Below, one piece after another: positions 1 through 11,612 of a DNA stretch of 64,000 bases. This stretch comes from a virus. The translations under genes and the position numbers were made by a program. Location: the IMG/VR virus record IMGVR_UViG_3300030228_000019; one strand, 5' to 3'. The notes beneath the pieces were generated by a model. The model had not been told where the DNA came from. It did not search any database and worked only from the letters and a program-made list of their open reading frames with translations. Within the stretch, counting starts at the first letter, position 1; each line of letters begins with the position of its first letter.

Positions 1-167
1 ATACTGCAATACAAATCAAGAAGTGTATTATTTTGTAATTTATAAATGTCTGTTGGCTTAACCATTACCTGTGCATCAATTAATGTTTTTATTAAATCAA
101 AAAATTCATTTTTTGTCATTTTATCAATAATTATTATAAAAAGAATGTTTAAAATAAAAAACAAATA

Positions 168-175
168 TTTAAATA
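168..175 (+). promoter_or_regulatory. Archaeal TATA box (TTTAAATA) upstream of ORF 207
   Basis: TTTAAATA about 30 nt before the ATG; the same motif lies 20-35 nt upstream of starts at 21145, 29521 and 30887. Confidence 0.55.
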
Positions 176-206
176 TATAAAATATTAATATTATAGTATT
201 GATAAT

Positions 207-839
207 ATGGCTGGAATTAAAACAGTTTTGCTCATTATTTTAATAGTGGCAGTAATTTTTGCATATTTGTATATATTTCATCCAAGTTATATTGGTAAAA
301 AATTAACAACTACTACTGTTTTACCATCAAATAATACAATAACTAATGCCTTTAATAATTATACAACAACAGCAGAAAAAGAATTTAATGTTTCTAATTC
401 AAGTGTTGTTTCAATTTTGCCAAACAAAGAACCCTATTTATTAAATGAGGTTCTTGAGTCTAATCCCAACCCAATACTTATTATCAATTATACTTATAAT
501 GGAAAAATATATCAGTTACCACAATGGTTTTCTCTATCATTTTCAAATGTAACAGCAAATCTTCCAAATTTTAATGGTCAACATGTTCAATTTTTATTTT
601 TTATGAACAAAACAGCAGCAATAAATTATACTGGAAATCCAGCTAATAGCACACCAATGATATTTAACTACAGTGTTGCTGTGAATGGAACTACTTATAA
701 ATTTACATTTATAAATAATAAAAATAATAAAATAATATCTGTCCTTTCAATTCCATTTAATAAACATCAAGTATTTTATACAATTGGTTTTGAATATAAT
801 AAAACTGTTTATTTAATTCCAGACATAGCAATTGGTTAA
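207..839 (+). CDS. Membrane-anchored secreted protein
   Basis: N-terminal TM helix; Asn/Thr-rich with many N-x-S/T sequons. Confidence 0.8.
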   Translation: MAGIKTVLLIILIVAVIFAYLYIFHPSYIGKKLTTTTVLPSNNTITNAFNNYTTTAEKEFNVSNSSVVSILPNKEPYLLNEVLESNPNPILIINYTYNGKIYQLPQWFSLSFSNVTANLPNFNGQHVQFLFFMNKTAAINYTGNPANSTPMIFNYSVAVNGTTYKFTFINNKNNKIISVLSIPFNKHQVFYTIGFEYNKTVYLIPDIAIG

Positions 840-844
840 TAAAA

Positions 845-3800
845 TTATGTTCTAACATTTTCATATAATGCATAGCCATTAATTGATGAGCCAGATATTG
901 ACCTTGTTGAACTTTCAAGAATATACTCAGATTTTGATATATATAAAAGGTTTGTAGTTCCATCATTATTTACCAGTTTGGTGTTTGCAAACCCTCTAAT
1001 ATAAGCATCAGTTTTACACACCTTATTATTACAAAATCCATATGATACACCACTTGGTTCAGAAGGAATTGTTGTATTGAAAGTTCCTGGTGCTATACTG
1101 ATTTGTGTGGTGGTATTATATATAATAATTCCAGCAACTTGTGAATCAGCTACTCTTTCAGGGGTTCCACCTATAATACCACAACTATGATAAAAATTCT
1201 TTGATGTTATAAGATAATTATATAAAGATTGATACTGGGTGACAAAATTGTTGCAAGTGCTTGGTGGTGAATCAGTAATATTTATATTATAACTTTCAAA
1301 TATAGGAACAGTATAACCATAAAATAAATTAAAGGTAGCTGGTTCCACTGGTAAAATTGAATAACTATTTGATAAATTAAAAAAAGTATCATAGCCTGGT
1401 CCTATATTTAAATTTTGCAGAGATTGTATTGTAACAAGTGGTGTATAACCAAATGTTTTAGTATATGCAGAGATTCCTGTGTTTCCACTAGGACCATTAA
1501 TGTCATAATTAGCAGTTCCATTTGAAAATAATGCTGTTGAAATAAGACCACTTTTAGTTACAGTTGAAACCTGTCCATTAATATTTCCAATAACTAAACA
1601 ATTATCAAGTATTCCAGAATCATAACATTTTGTATAATTTCCATTATTTGAAATTGTCTGTGAACTTGAAACAAAATGATTATTATTGGTGTTGTAAAAT
1701 CCTTCTGTTAGGGAGTATGTGGTTCCACTATACAAGTTAATATATTTAGAAGGGGCTGGTAATACAAAAAGATGTTGTGTGGCTATACTTGTGTTTTTTA
1801 TATAACTGCTATCAAAAGAAGTAAAGATGGGACCACCTGTAATATTATAAGGAACAGTTGTCCATCCAAGTGTTGAAAAACTATAAGGTTGACCAACTAA
1901 ATTTGTTGTTATATTTAGTGGAACAAGGTAAATTGCAATTATAGTATAATTATTTTTATCTGACAAACCAGATATTGTTTTACCAGTTACACCAGAAATT
2001 ATTTCATTTTTTATACCACTAACATATGTTTTTGTTGTATTATCATAAATGGTTAATAAATAATTTTTATTTTTTAAATAATTTGAATAATAAAATTTTA
2101 CTGGATTAATATCTATACTATATATTGTTGGTGAACCCTCTAAATAATAAGTTGTTATATTTGTATATGGTTCACTGGTATTAACTGTTGTATAACCAAA
2201 ATTAGTAGAAACAGCATGAGGAATTAATGAAATATCACCAATACTATCAGGATAGTTATACACAGTGATTGTTCCTGTTGATTTTATTATTTTATTAAAA
2301 AGCACTGATACATTTACAGATATAGTATCAATATATGTTTTATTTATTTTTGGATAACTTTGATTAAACAAGATTGCTGCTTCTTGTTCTGTTATATTAA
2401 TTGGTAAAGAAGTTGTTGATGTTGGTGGTGCTTTGTTTGATTTCAAAACTGTTCCATTTTTTAAATAATATGTAAATTGTATTGTGCTTTCTGGTAAATT
2501 TATTGAATAATTTTGTGAATTATATACAAATTTGTTTTTTGTATTTATATAAAAATATGTTGTATTATCACCAGGTATATCTTGGAATATAGCACCATTT
2601 GAATTTCCATACACTGGGTCAAAACTGTTACCCCAGTTTGAATGTGCAGACACCTGATAAAATGAAAAATTATCATTACCACTGTTTAATTCAGGATTTG
2701 AATACATTTCTATTTTTCCAGCATTATTTATATAAACAGTCAAATTATTTATATTTAAATTTGATGTTGTAAGATTATTAGCAACTGCTGTTGGATAAAT
2801 ATCTGATATTAACACATTTTTCCAAGCAGCATTTAAATACCCTGTTCCTGTCACATGACAGTTATTTCCACTGCACCCACCAGTTCCACCACCAGTGGGT
2901 GGAGGTGGTGGTATTACATGATAGTTTGCTATTATTGTAACATTTTGGCAACCATTAAGTGCTTTCCAATTGTAATTAAAACTTTCTGAATTAGAATTTG
3001 AAATTTTATCACCATTGCAATAAACATTTTGTGATACAAAACTTCCACTGCTTGAAGAGGTTGCTGCAAATGTCCATGTAAATCCAAATGTTGTATTTAA
3101 AGTATTAGCTGAAAATACATTTGTTTTATTAAATGTAAAAGTATAAGGTGTTGCTGTATTTGTTTGATTAGACCAGCCTATTAATGAATTTGTTGGTATT
3201 GCATTTGCTGAAAATGTTGTTGAAACACCACCTAAATTACTGGTTGCTTCCCATGAAATTGTTGGTAAACTAATCTTGAAATTAGCAGTATAGTTTGTTG
3301 CATTTACAACAGTAAATGTATAAGGATTTTGTGTTATTGTTGTTCCAGCATGGGTCCAATTACTAAAAGCATAATATGTATTTGCATTTCCAGTTATTAT
3401 TACTGATTTTCCTTTTGGAACAAATTCACTAATATTATTTCCTGTTATAGTTTTATTATTATATGGTGTATATATACTAACATTTCCTCTTGAACTATTT
3501 GAAGTTTTTACACTAATATTATATTCATATTCATAATCAGCTTGTAAGGTGCAGGGTGCAAATGATAATGATTTAACTGTTTGTGATGGATTAAACAAAT
3601 TAAATCCAGTTGAACATGATAATGAAACAGATGTGTTAAAATCAACAAATGCTAATGCTTTGGTCTTTGTTTTTGTTAAAATAGCAGGATAATTAAAAGA
3701 ATAAGGTGCTGCATCCTGATACATTGTATATGGTAAATTTCTTACAGATTGTTGAATACAAAATCTTGAGGCATCAACACCACAAGTAATATTTGTATCA

Positions 3801-4591
3801 TTATTTATTTTATTATTAACATTTGATGTAAACAATATATTTCCAAAATAATTTAATTCAAGTGTTACTGCACCAGTTGCATTTGTAATATTTAATTCTG
3901 TTGTTTGTGAACTTTTATTTTGTAATGTAATTGTTCCACTATAACTTGTTGATAACCAGTTTGTAAAATACAAATCACTTGAAACATTTGTCTGCAATCC
4001 TGTAATTGTATAGACACCATTTGGTAAATAAACAGTTTGACCATTTGAAACTGTTTTTGAGGTTCCTTGCCCATTTACTGTTATGTCCCATGTTCTTGTT
4101 TGAGGAAAAATATAAAAAGTTATAAATTGCCCACCACTAACAGTTGTGTTGGGTGTTATTAAAAAGTTTTCAACAGATAAATAAACCTTTGACCCATCCT
4201 GTTTTGTATAAGATATAAGACTTATGTGTGCATTTGTCTTTGTTAAAGCTGCAAATATTGTTGAGTTTATTGTAGTTGTAAAATTATATTTATTTTGTTG
4301 TCTAATAATACCCTTTGTATATGTTGAATTTGTCATGGGAAGGGTTGTTGTTAAATTATTTATAAAGAATGTAATGTTTTTGGGATTTGTAAAATTGTCA
4401 GGTGTTATTACTGATATTAAAGCTGAATTTGAAGTAAGTGATAACACCTTTACTTGACTAATATCAAGTAGTGGTTTTGCATTTAAAGAAGGTGCTGCAA
4501 AATGATAAGCTAATACTATAAACAAGGCTACAAGAACAATAGCAAAACTTATAAGTATTATATTTTCAGCAATAAACTGTCCTTTTATCAT
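845..4591 (-). CDS. Large pilin-like adhesin (1248 aa) with class III signal peptide
   Basis: MIKG/QFIAE plus hydrophobic helix (Glu at +5); beta-rich Asn/Thr/Ser repeats, InlB-B-repeat-like segment (GNANTYYAFSNWT...YTANF), Pro/Gly linker PPPPPTGGGTGG. Confidence 0.75.
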   Translation of the reverse strand: MIKGQFIAENIILISFAIVLVALFIVLAYHFAAPSLNAKPLLDISQVKVLSLTSNSALISVITPDNFTNPKNITFFINNLTTTLPMTNSTYTKGIIRQQNKYNFTTTINSTIFAALTKTNAHISLISYTKQDGSKVYLSVENFLITPNTTVSGGQFITFYIFPQTRTWDITVNGQGTSKTVSNGQTVYLPNGVYTITGLQTNVSSDLYFTNWLSTSYSGTITLQNKSSQTTELNITNATGAVTLELNYFGNILFTSNVNNKINNDTNITCGVDASRFCIQQSVRNLPYTMYQDAAPYSFNYPAILTKTKTKALAFVDFNTSVSLSCSTGFNLFNPSQTVKSLSFAPCTLQADYEYEYNISVKTSNSSRGNVSIYTPYNNKTITGNNISEFVPKGKSVIITGNANTYYAFSNWTHAGTTITQNPYTFTVVNATNYTANFKISLPTISWEATSNLGGVSTTFSANAIPTNSLIGWSNQTNTATPYTFTFNKTNVFSANTLNTTFGFTWTFAATSSSSGSFVSQNVYCNGDKISNSNSESFNYNWKALNGCQNVTIIANYHVIPPPPPTGGGTGGCSGNNCHVTGTGYLNAAWKNVLISDIYPTAVANNLTTSNLNINNLTVYINNAGKIEMYSNPELNSGNDNFSFYQVSAHSNWGNSFDPVYGNSNGAIFQDIPGDNTTYFYINTKNKFVYNSQNYSINLPESTIQFTYYLKNGTVLKSNKAPPTSTTSLPINITEQEAAILFNQSYPKINKTYIDTISVNVSVLFNKIIKSTGTITVYNYPDSIGDISLIPHAVSTNFGYTTVNTSEPYTNITTYYLEGSPTIYSIDINPVKFYYSNYLKNKNYLLTIYDNTTKTYVSGIKNEIISGVTGKTISGLSDKNNYTIIAIYLVPLNITTNLVGQPYSFSTLGWTTVPYNITGGPIFTSFDSSYIKNTSIATQHLFVLPAPSKYINLYSGTTYSLTEGFYNTNNNHFVSSSQTISNNGNYTKCYDSGILDNCLVIGNINGQVSTVTKSGLISTALFSNGTANYDINGPSGNTGISAYTKTFGYTPLVTIQSLQNLNIGPGYDTFFNLSNSYSILPVEPATFNLFYGYTVPIFESYNINITDSPPSTCNNFVTQYQSLYNYLITSKNFYHSCGIIGGTPERVADSQVAGIIIYNTTTQISIAPGTFNTTIPSEPSGVSYGFCNNKVCKTDAYIRGFANTKLVNNDGTTNLLYISKSEYILESSTRSISGSSINGYALYENVRT

Positions 4592-4636
4592 TAAAGTAAT
4601 ATATATGTTTTATTTTAAATATTAATAGTTATAGAA

Positions 4637-5554
4637 TTAGTCAGGTTTTTCTTCTTCATCAATAGGTATTGCTTTCTTTTTATCAGCAAGTTTCTTTTCA
4701 ATAATTTTATGTTTTCTTTCTTCAATAGCCAGTGCCTGTGTTTTTTGTGCAAGTTTATTTGCTTTTTCAGCCTCTATCTTTTTTCTTTGTTCTTCATAGT
4801 TTTTTGCTGGCAAAAATAATTCTTTTATAAACTGTTTTATTGCTTCAACTGTTTCACTTTTTTCTTTTTCTGGTTTTATTTTATTTTCCAGTTCCAACTG
4901 TTCAATATCATATTCAGTTTGTGGTGCATTTAAAGGCTGTATGGCTTTCTGTTTAACTAAAGGAATATTGGTTGCTGTTTTAGGCTGAACAACTTGTTTT
5001 TGTTCTTCCTGTGGTTTTTTAATATTTGCAATTGTATTAGAAATTTCTATTTGCAGTGGTTGTATTCCTTTTCCACTATATTGCAGTAATATTTGATTTT
5101 CTCTATCTGCAATAAAATCAGTTTCAGTTACCCCATATTTTGAAAGTTGTGTTTTCATATACACATCAATAAAGGATATTGCTTCATTTATAGTGTTTAT
5201 AACATTTTGATTGTTTGTAAATAGAAATTTCTTTATTGTGCAATATATTATTCTATCAGTTCCAATTGAAAAAGTTGTATCAAGAAGGTCTTGATTATTT
5301 ATTATTTTTTGAAAGGTTTCTGGTGAAACTTTAAAAGTTATTGATGCACCAACTATTTGGTTTTCAGCACCTAACACAACATATCTAGACATTTCAACAT
5401 CAACAAAACTTTTTACTTTATTAAAAAGAGATTCACCAATGACTCTTGTTATAAGAATTTTTGGTATTAAGTCTGAATTTGAAAATATTATTCTGTCTGG
5501 ATTATCAACATAGCTGTAAATACTATTTCCAAGTGAAGTATTGGCATCCATCAT
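4637..5554 (-). CDS. Hypothetical protein, charged coiled-coil C-terminus
   Basis: 305-aa ORF co-oriented downstream of the VirB4-like gene. Confidence 0.75.
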   Translation of the reverse strand: MMDANTSLGNSIYSYVDNPDRIIFSNSDLIPKILITRVIGESLFNKVKSFVDVEMSRYVVLGAENQIVGASITFKVSPETFQKIINNQDLLDTTFSIGTDRIIYCTIKKFLFTNNQNVINTINEAISFIDVYMKTQLSKYGVTETDFIADRENQILLQYSGKGIQPLQIEISNTIANIKKPQEEQKQVVQPKTATNIPLVKQKAIQPLNAPQTEYDIEQLELENKIKPEKEKSETVEAIKQFIKELFLPAKNYEEQRKKIEAEKANKLAQKTQALAIEERKHKIIEKKLADKKKAIPIDEEEKPD

Positions 5555-5687
5555 ATTTTATATATCAATTATCCTTAAATTTTAATCATTCAAATAAAAA
5601 ATAGATTTTTTAATTATAATTATAATTATTATAAATATAATAAGATTAATCCAACCAATAACTAAAAATTAAATAAAAATAGAAACA

Positions 5688-8600
5688 TTAACTGAATATT
5701 TCATGGAAAAGATTTAAATATTCATTAAATCTAAATATATTTTTTGGAACAAGTCCTGAGCTTGATTTAGTATTATATAAATCTGTAAAAAGAACATAAT
5801 ACTGTTCAATTTTTTCATTTGCAATATCATTTGTTTGATTTGAAAATTGTGTAAAATATTCTGATAATACTCTTATTTGTATCCTTTTTTCATTATATAG
5901 TATTTTTTCTTTTAAGAAGTTTTCTTGTTCTTGTGGATATATTATTTCTTTATTTGTATCTATATTGTGAACATAAATGAAATTATTATTTATTGTTGAT
6001 TTGCTAAAGTAGTCTTTTTTGGGTGATGGTTCTATTTTTATATTTTCATTTTCAATTGTCCATAATTGAGTTGAATCTGTGCTTGGAACATATACATAAA
6101 AACTACCATTTGTTTTCATTTCTTTGATTCTAAATGAAATATCATTTTGTTCTTCAATAATGTCACCCAACAATAGATTTGAATATTCTCTTTTGATTTT
6201 TTCTATTAAAAATTTATTATATATTGCAATCTGGTCCTGTAATGAACTTTTTACATAGAACATCTCTGGTCCAAATATTTCTTCAAGTTCTGGTGAAGCC
6301 TGAACTTCTTTATAACCATTTTTTAACAAATAAATTGATTCATCAATATTTATTCCTTCACCAAATATTTGTTCCTTGTTACTATCAAGAGAATAAATAC
6401 CAGCATCTTTTATAACAAAATTTCTAACCTGTTCTTCATTATAAGAAGAACCTGCTATAACACTTCTTTCTATATTTGATTTTATATCTCTAAGTGTATC
6501 AAGTATCAAAGAATAATAACTTATAAGTTTTTCTTCATAATCACTTGAAATACCTTGTTCTTTTTTTGCAGTTATCTCTGTTTCAAGCTCTTCTATCTTT
6601 TTTCTGTTGTTTATTATTTCAACAGGAAGCATTCTTAACAATGAATCTGGATTTGATTCTGAAAATTTTACTTCATTTTTTGTAAGCATGAATTTTATTC
6701 TATAATTATCATCTTTAAATCTTAATATTCCTCTTGCTGCTTTTCCTTCTGGTGTTAAGGCAAGTTTATTTGAGCCAGCATAATTTTTAAGAAAATAAAT
6801 ATCATCATCATTAAGTTTGAAAAGTTGTTTTAATGAATTCATAACTGAATCTTCTCCCTGAATTCTATAAAGATATGCAAATTGGATGTTTTCAACCAAT
6901 GCTCTGCCTTCATCACTATCAAAGTCTTTTATTTGTTGTGTTGTTATTATTAACCCCAATCTAAATTTTCTTGCTGTTTTTGCTATTATTTTTATGTATT
7001 GTGAACCAAGCATAGACAATACTTTCCAGCCTTCATCAATGAGGAATATCTTGTCTTCTGTTAAACCAGTTTTCATTGTTTTTATAACATAGTTCATAAT
7101 TACATAAGTAACCAATATTTGCAATTTTTCTGGTAACCCTGCTGTATTAAAGGCAATAAACTTGTTTGAAAGATTTATATTTGTTTTACCCATAAACATT
7201 GAATACTCTGGAAGTTTTAATGTTTCACAGGCACTTGTAATTAAGGCAAATGCCTTTTTATAATTTGAAAAATTTATGTCTGCTGCTGTATAGGTTTTAT
7301 TATACAAATGCAGTTCATTTTTTTCATTAAAAGTTTTATTTATAGCATCAATATATGCAATAAATTCATTAAGGGTTGGCACAGTTTCATTTGTAATGTC
7401 AGTTATTGAATATATATTTTTAGAATTATAAAAACTTATTATTAATGTTGTTAAAAATTGATTATATATAGGTTCTTGTTTTAATTCATTATGTTTTTCA
7501 GTTGTTACAGTTAAAGCTATAAAATCAGCAATATCATTTATTTTTAGTGAAAAGGCAGTTCCACTTCCTTTATCTTCTATTTCATAATCAGCTTTATCAA
7601 AAATATTTAGAGAAAGTTGTGATTTTTTGTTTTCTTGCAAAACATTTATATATTCACCACCAACCATTTTAGTAACATATAAATATTCAGCTTGGGGGTC
7701 AATGATTATTATTTTTCTATTTTTAAATATAAGATTTCTTGTTAAGAAAGCCTTTGAGGTTGCTGATTTTCCAGAACCCATCATCCCTATTATTATACCA
7801 TTTTGAGAATCAAGGTCCCACAAATCTTTTAGTATTGGCTGACCAGTTCCTATGTAATTTCCAAATATAACTTTATCTGAATTTATAAAAGAGGGATAAA
7901 CAAATGGATACAAATGTCCAGTTGCATCATTAACAGAATAAATATAATACATGTAAGTTACAGGGTCAAGTGTATTTATATAATCAAACATTGTAAACTG
8001 TTGTCTATTAGTTGTTTTTTCAAGAATATGTCCTTGTTGTTGTATTGAATGTCTAAAATTTTCATATTCTGGTTGTATTACATTTGTAAAATCAGAATTT
8101 TCATATTTTTTTCTAAAAGCAACATTAAACCTAGTAACAGTTGAGTTTATATCATTTTCAATATTGGTTTGTGTATATTGTAAAAGTTTTAACATGCTTT
8201 GTGATTCTTTAAGAAGTCTTTCTGCTTTGCTATCTTGCTTATTCACTCTTAATTCTTCTTGATATGTGTTTATTGCTGTTGTTAAATATAAAATATCTCC
8301 TCTGATTTTTCTTAGCATTTCATATTTTGGAATATTTTCAAATTTCAAATAATAATCACTATTATCTGAAACAGCATTTGAAACAAATGTTTCTGGAATT
8401 GAAACATTTGCAAGATTAGTTATTTTGAATATTGTTGAAACTGTATTGTCAATTACAGAATATGTTGGTTTAAAAATAACAAAATGAAGACTTAGTTTTC
8501 CCTTTGCTTTAAATAAATTATCATAAAATATTTTTACAGGTGTAATAGTTGCTTTGAATTTTAAATTATCATTGAATTTAATGTTTTGAATTTCTTTTCT

Positions 8601-8690
8601 ATAAAGAAAATCATTTAATTTTGTGTGCTGAAGCTGCACAGGATTAAAAACATATTCTAAAACTTGTGATATTTTATTATTAAGCTTCAC
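5688..8690 (-). CDS. virB4: VirB4/TraC-like T4SS ATPase
   Basis: Walker A GMMGSGKS, IIIIDPQAEY, Walker B FLIDEGW, ARKFRLGLIITTQ; GTG start after AGGTGG RBS. Confidence 0.85.
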   Translation of the reverse strand: MKLNNKISQVLEYVFNPVQLQHTKLNDFLYRKEIQNIKFNDNLKFKATITPVKIFYDNLFKAKGKLSLHFVIFKPTYSVIDNTVSTIFKITNLANVSIPETFVSNAVSDNSDYYLKFENIPKYEMLRKIRGDILYLTTAINTYQEELRVNKQDSKAERLLKESQSMLKLLQYTQTNIENDINSTVTRFNVAFRKKYENSDFTNVIQPEYENFRHSIQQQGHILEKTTNRQQFTMFDYINTLDPVTYMYYIYSVNDATGHLYPFVYPSFINSDKVIFGNYIGTGQPILKDLWDLDSQNGIIIGMMGSGKSATSKAFLTRNLIFKNRKIIIIDPQAEYLYVTKMVGGEYINVLQENKKSQLSLNIFDKADYEIEDKGSGTAFSLKINDIADFIALTVTTEKHNELKQEPIYNQFLTTLIISFYNSKNIYSITDITNETVPTLNEFIAYIDAINKTFNEKNELHLYNKTYTAADINFSNYKKAFALITSACETLKLPEYSMFMGKTNINLSNKFIAFNTAGLPEKLQILVTYVIMNYVIKTMKTGLTEDKIFLIDEGWKVLSMLGSQYIKIIAKTARKFRLGLIITTQQIKDFDSDEGRALVENIQFAYLYRIQGEDSVMNSLKQLFKLNDDDIYFLKNYAGSNKLALTPEGKAARGILRFKDDNYRIKFMLTKNEVKFSESNPDSLLRMLPVEIINNRKKIEELETEITAKKEQGISSDYEEKLISYYSLILDTLRDIKSNIERSVIAGSSYNEEQVRNFVIKDAGIYSLDSNKEQIFGEGINIDESIYLLKNGYKEVQASPELEEIFGPEMFYVKSSLQDQIAIYNKFLIEKIKREYSNLLLGDIIEEQNDISFRIKEMKTNGSFYVYVPSTDSTQLWTIENENIKIEPSPKKDYFSKSTINNNFIYVHNIDTNKEIIYPQEQENFLKEKILYNEKRIQIRVLSEYFTQFSNQTNDIANEKIEQYYVLFTDLYNTKSSSGLVPKNIFRFNEYLNLFHEIFS

Positions 8691-10224
8691 CCAACCACCT
8701 GTTTGTTTTTGACAATTCTTTCATTTTTGAAATTTGACTATTGTCATCAGTTGTTATTATATTTACATTCTTAAAAATTTGATAAACATTATAAATATGA
8801 AACAGTGGTTTACTATGTATAAAGAAACCACTTGTATCATATGATAAATCAAACAATTTAAGTGTTTCCTTTTTGGATGGTGGAAGCAGTCTTATTTCAA
8901 GATTGGCTTTTTTAGCATCATTTACAAATTCAGTTAATTGATTTTTAAAAATTAAATGATTTATAGCATATTCACCAACAGAATATGCTTTTTCAGCATT
9001 ATCAAGTAGTTTATTTTTTATTTTTAAATAATAGTCCTCATTGTTTTTTATTTCTTCTCTGTATGCTTCAAGCAATCTTGGTGATTCCTCTTCTTTTGAT
9101 ATTATTGTGCTTAATTTTAATCTTCCTATTTTTATTTTATTGTCAATATAAGATATAAGTTCATCTTTATTTATTTCTTGTATTTTCAAAATTATATCAA
9201 AATTTCCACTAAGGTCATCAATATACTTCATAAAATTTTCATTATAATTTGTCATTGTTTTTGTTCCTGCTACAAAATATATCTGTGATTTTGAAACTGA
9301 ACTTACAATTGTTGAATTGTTACTTATTTCAACATAATCAAAATTTTTTATAAGTGGTTTTATTATATCAAAATATTTTTCACCATTTCTTCCTGGTGCA
9401 ATAAGTTCATTATATACATCAACCATTGTCATGTATTTGTCTCCAAAATAAATTGATTCATACAAAAAACTATTAAACAACCCAGTTATCTCATCTGTTC
9501 CAGTTAATGTATATAACTTGGCTTCTGTTTCAAGTTGCATAATTGTATTTTTATTTTGTGCTGTTATATTTTGTTCTTCATCAGTCTGTGTATTATAAAT
9601 ATCAAGAGATGGAAGAATTATGTTTTCATATAAATATTTTGATATGTCATTATTTTTTATTTTCAATTCTTGTATTCTTTTATTATATTCTAAAAAGGAT
9701 AGTTTTTCAATACCTTTTGTCATATCATTATATTCTTTGAAGTATTTTTCTTTTTCTTTTTTATATTTTAATTGAACTTCTTTTATTTTATTTGGTTTTA
9801 ATCCAATTTTTAAAGGCACAAAAACATAAACCACTTTTTTAGGTTTTATATGGTTAGTCACTTGTTTTAACTCTTCACTAAAATCATTATATAATGCATC
9901 ATATTTTTTAAATTTGTTATATATTTTGTTGCTACTTGTTTCTATTTCTTCTTCAGTTTTTGAAAGATAGTCCTGTGTTTGAAATTCTTTCATAACAAAA
10001 TTTTTGTGAAGTGGTGCAAATATTTCTGCAAGATAATTTTGAGTTTTTACAACAATTATAATTCCTTGAATGTTTTTGAAAAGCACAGGCATCTTGTTTA
10101 GGGCTTCTTCTTGGGTTATTTTATATCCTTTGTAGAATATGTTTGATTTAAAATCAACAAGTGTATCATCTGTAATTGCAAAATTACTTCCAAACAAAAA
10201 ATCTTCACTATTTTTTTGTATCAC
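8680..10224 (-). CDS. Hypothetical protein translationally coupled to the VirB4-like gene
   Basis: 514 aa, overlaps the VirB4 start, GTG start after GTGA RBS. Confidence 0.75.
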   Translation of the reverse strand: MIQKNSEDFLFGSNFAITDDTLVDFKSNIFYKGYKITQEEALNKMPVLFKNIQGIIIVVKTQNYLAEIFAPLHKNFVMKEFQTQDYLSKTEEEIETSSNKIYNKFKKYDALYNDFSEELKQVTNHIKPKKVVYVFVPLKIGLKPNKIKEVQLKYKKEKEKYFKEYNDMTKGIEKLSFLEYNKRIQELKIKNNDISKYLYENIILPSLDIYNTQTDEEQNITAQNKNTIMQLETEAKLYTLTGTDEITGLFNSFLYESIYFGDKYMTMVDVYNELIAPGRNGEKYFDIIKPLIKNFDYVEISNNSTIVSSVSKSQIYFVAGTKTMTNYNENFMKYIDDLSGNFDIILKIQEINKDELISYIDNKIKIGRLKLSTIISKEEESPRLLEAYREEIKNNEDYYLKIKNKLLDNAEKAYSVGEYAINHLIFKNQLTEFVNDAKKANLEIRLLPPSKKETLKLFDLSYDTSGFFIHSKPLFHIYNVYQIFKNVNIITTDDNSQISKMKELSKTNRWLGEA

Positions 10225-10252
10225 ACTATCACTATTTATTTGATTATTAAAT

Positions 10253-11089
10253 TTAAAAATCTGAAATTATAGGTAATTTTGCAGAAGTTTCATAACCAGG
10301 TGAAACTGTTAAATCTTTTAGATATGTATAAATTTCTTCTCCTGTCAAAAATTCTGGCATTCTTTCAGTTGATATATTAAATCTACTTGTAACTAATTGA
10401 TTATAAAATTGTTGAACTGGTGTTGTAATTGCAGAATCTTTTGTTTTTGCTGGAAATCTCAGTTCAATATAATAATCAAAATCATCAACACTAGAAGTTA
10501 TGTCAATATATTCTTTTGTAAAATTTTTATAGTATTCATCATAAATTATGTTTTGAGACAAAACATCAGAATTTTTAACTGTAAAATAATCAAAATAATT
10601 TTTAATATTTAATTTTTTATTTATTACTCTAAAAATAATTTTTGGGATATAATTACTATTGTATATTATTAAACTATTAAACTCTTCTTTTATAAATTCT
10701 CTTATTTCATCAGGTTGGTCAAAATAAGTGCCTGAATAAACCTTTATAACTGTTATTTTTTCATCCATTGTTGTAACAATGTTATTATTTATTGTTTTTA
10801 TCCTTGAAAACAAATATTTTGTTATAAAGGATTGGTCATATTTAGATAAAGTTGGTGTTATTAAATTATAAACCAAAGTATCAAGTGGTGTTAACAATAA
10901 TAGTGCAAGTGGACCAATTATAGCAAAAATAACAATTCCAGCAATTAAATTAAATTTTAGAAACATTAATAGAAATATTCCTATAAGAAAAACTAAAACA
11001 AGAAACATTCCTGTTTTTAGTGGTAAATTAACTATAGTATCATAATCAACATTTTTGTAGCCAAAAATTGAATTTGGATTGTCCATCAT
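10253..11089 (-). CDS. PrgI/VirB3-like membrane protein
   Basis: Two N-terminal TM helices then a soluble domain, upstream of VirB4; the family call rests on topology and position only. Confidence 0.5.
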   Translation of the reverse strand: MMDNPNSIFGYKNVDYDTIVNLPLKTGMFLVLVFLIGIFLLMFLKFNLIAGIVIFAIIGPLALLLLTPLDTLVYNLITPTLSKYDQSFITKYLFSRIKTINNNIVTTMDEKITVIKVYSGTYFDQPDEIREFIKEEFNSLIIYNSNYIPKIIFRVINKKLNIKNYFDYFTVKNSDVLSQNIIYDEYYKNFTKEYIDITSSVDDFDYYIELRFPAKTKDSAITTPVQQFYNQLVTSRFNISTERMPEFLTGEEIYTYLKDLTVSPGYETSAKLPIISDF

Positions 11090-11147
11090 TTAAAATAATG
11101 GTATTGTTACTTAAAAATTGAAAAATTAAAAAGAAGAAGAAAAATAA

Positions 11148-11567
11148 TTAAGGGCAACTTAATGCTACTGGTAATACTGCAACTATAAAAGCAAGTATTA
11201 CACCAACTATTACTCCAACAACTAAAAGATTTATAAACTGTCCAATAGATACTGGTGCATCAGCACTTTCAGCTTCATGGACCTTTCTAGTATATATTGA
11301 AAGAGTTGCTATTCCACCTATAATAACAGGAAGTAAAAAGGCAGCCATAACATGTAAACCTGTTCCACCAAAATCATTACTTAATTTACAAAAGGGGGTA
11401 GTAATAACTGAACTATTGGTGCTGGGGGTGCTAGCAAATACTGGCATAACTATAAGTTGTGCAATTATTAGTGTTAAAACCAATAACTGCCTCATTGCTA
11501 TTATTTTTCCAAGTAGACTGATTTTTTTAGTTTTTATTATTTTTTTATTTGTTTGTTTTCCAAACAT
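11148..11567 (-). CDS. VirB2/TrbC-like pilin candidate
   Basis: Basic leader, signal peptide ending MPVFA/ST, two TM helices, 139 aa, first small gene of the VirB4 cluster. Confidence 0.55.
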   Translation of the reverse strand: MFGKQTNKKIIKTKKISLLGKIIAMRQLLVLTLIIAQLIVMPVFASTPSTNSSVITTPFCKLSNDFGGTGLHVMAAFLLPVIIGGIATLSIYTRKVHEAESADAPVSIGQFINLLVVGVIVGVILAFIVAVLPVALSCP

Positions 11568-11612
11568 AATATCACAATCAATTGTAATAAATTATAATAC
11601 CTTAAAATCTTT

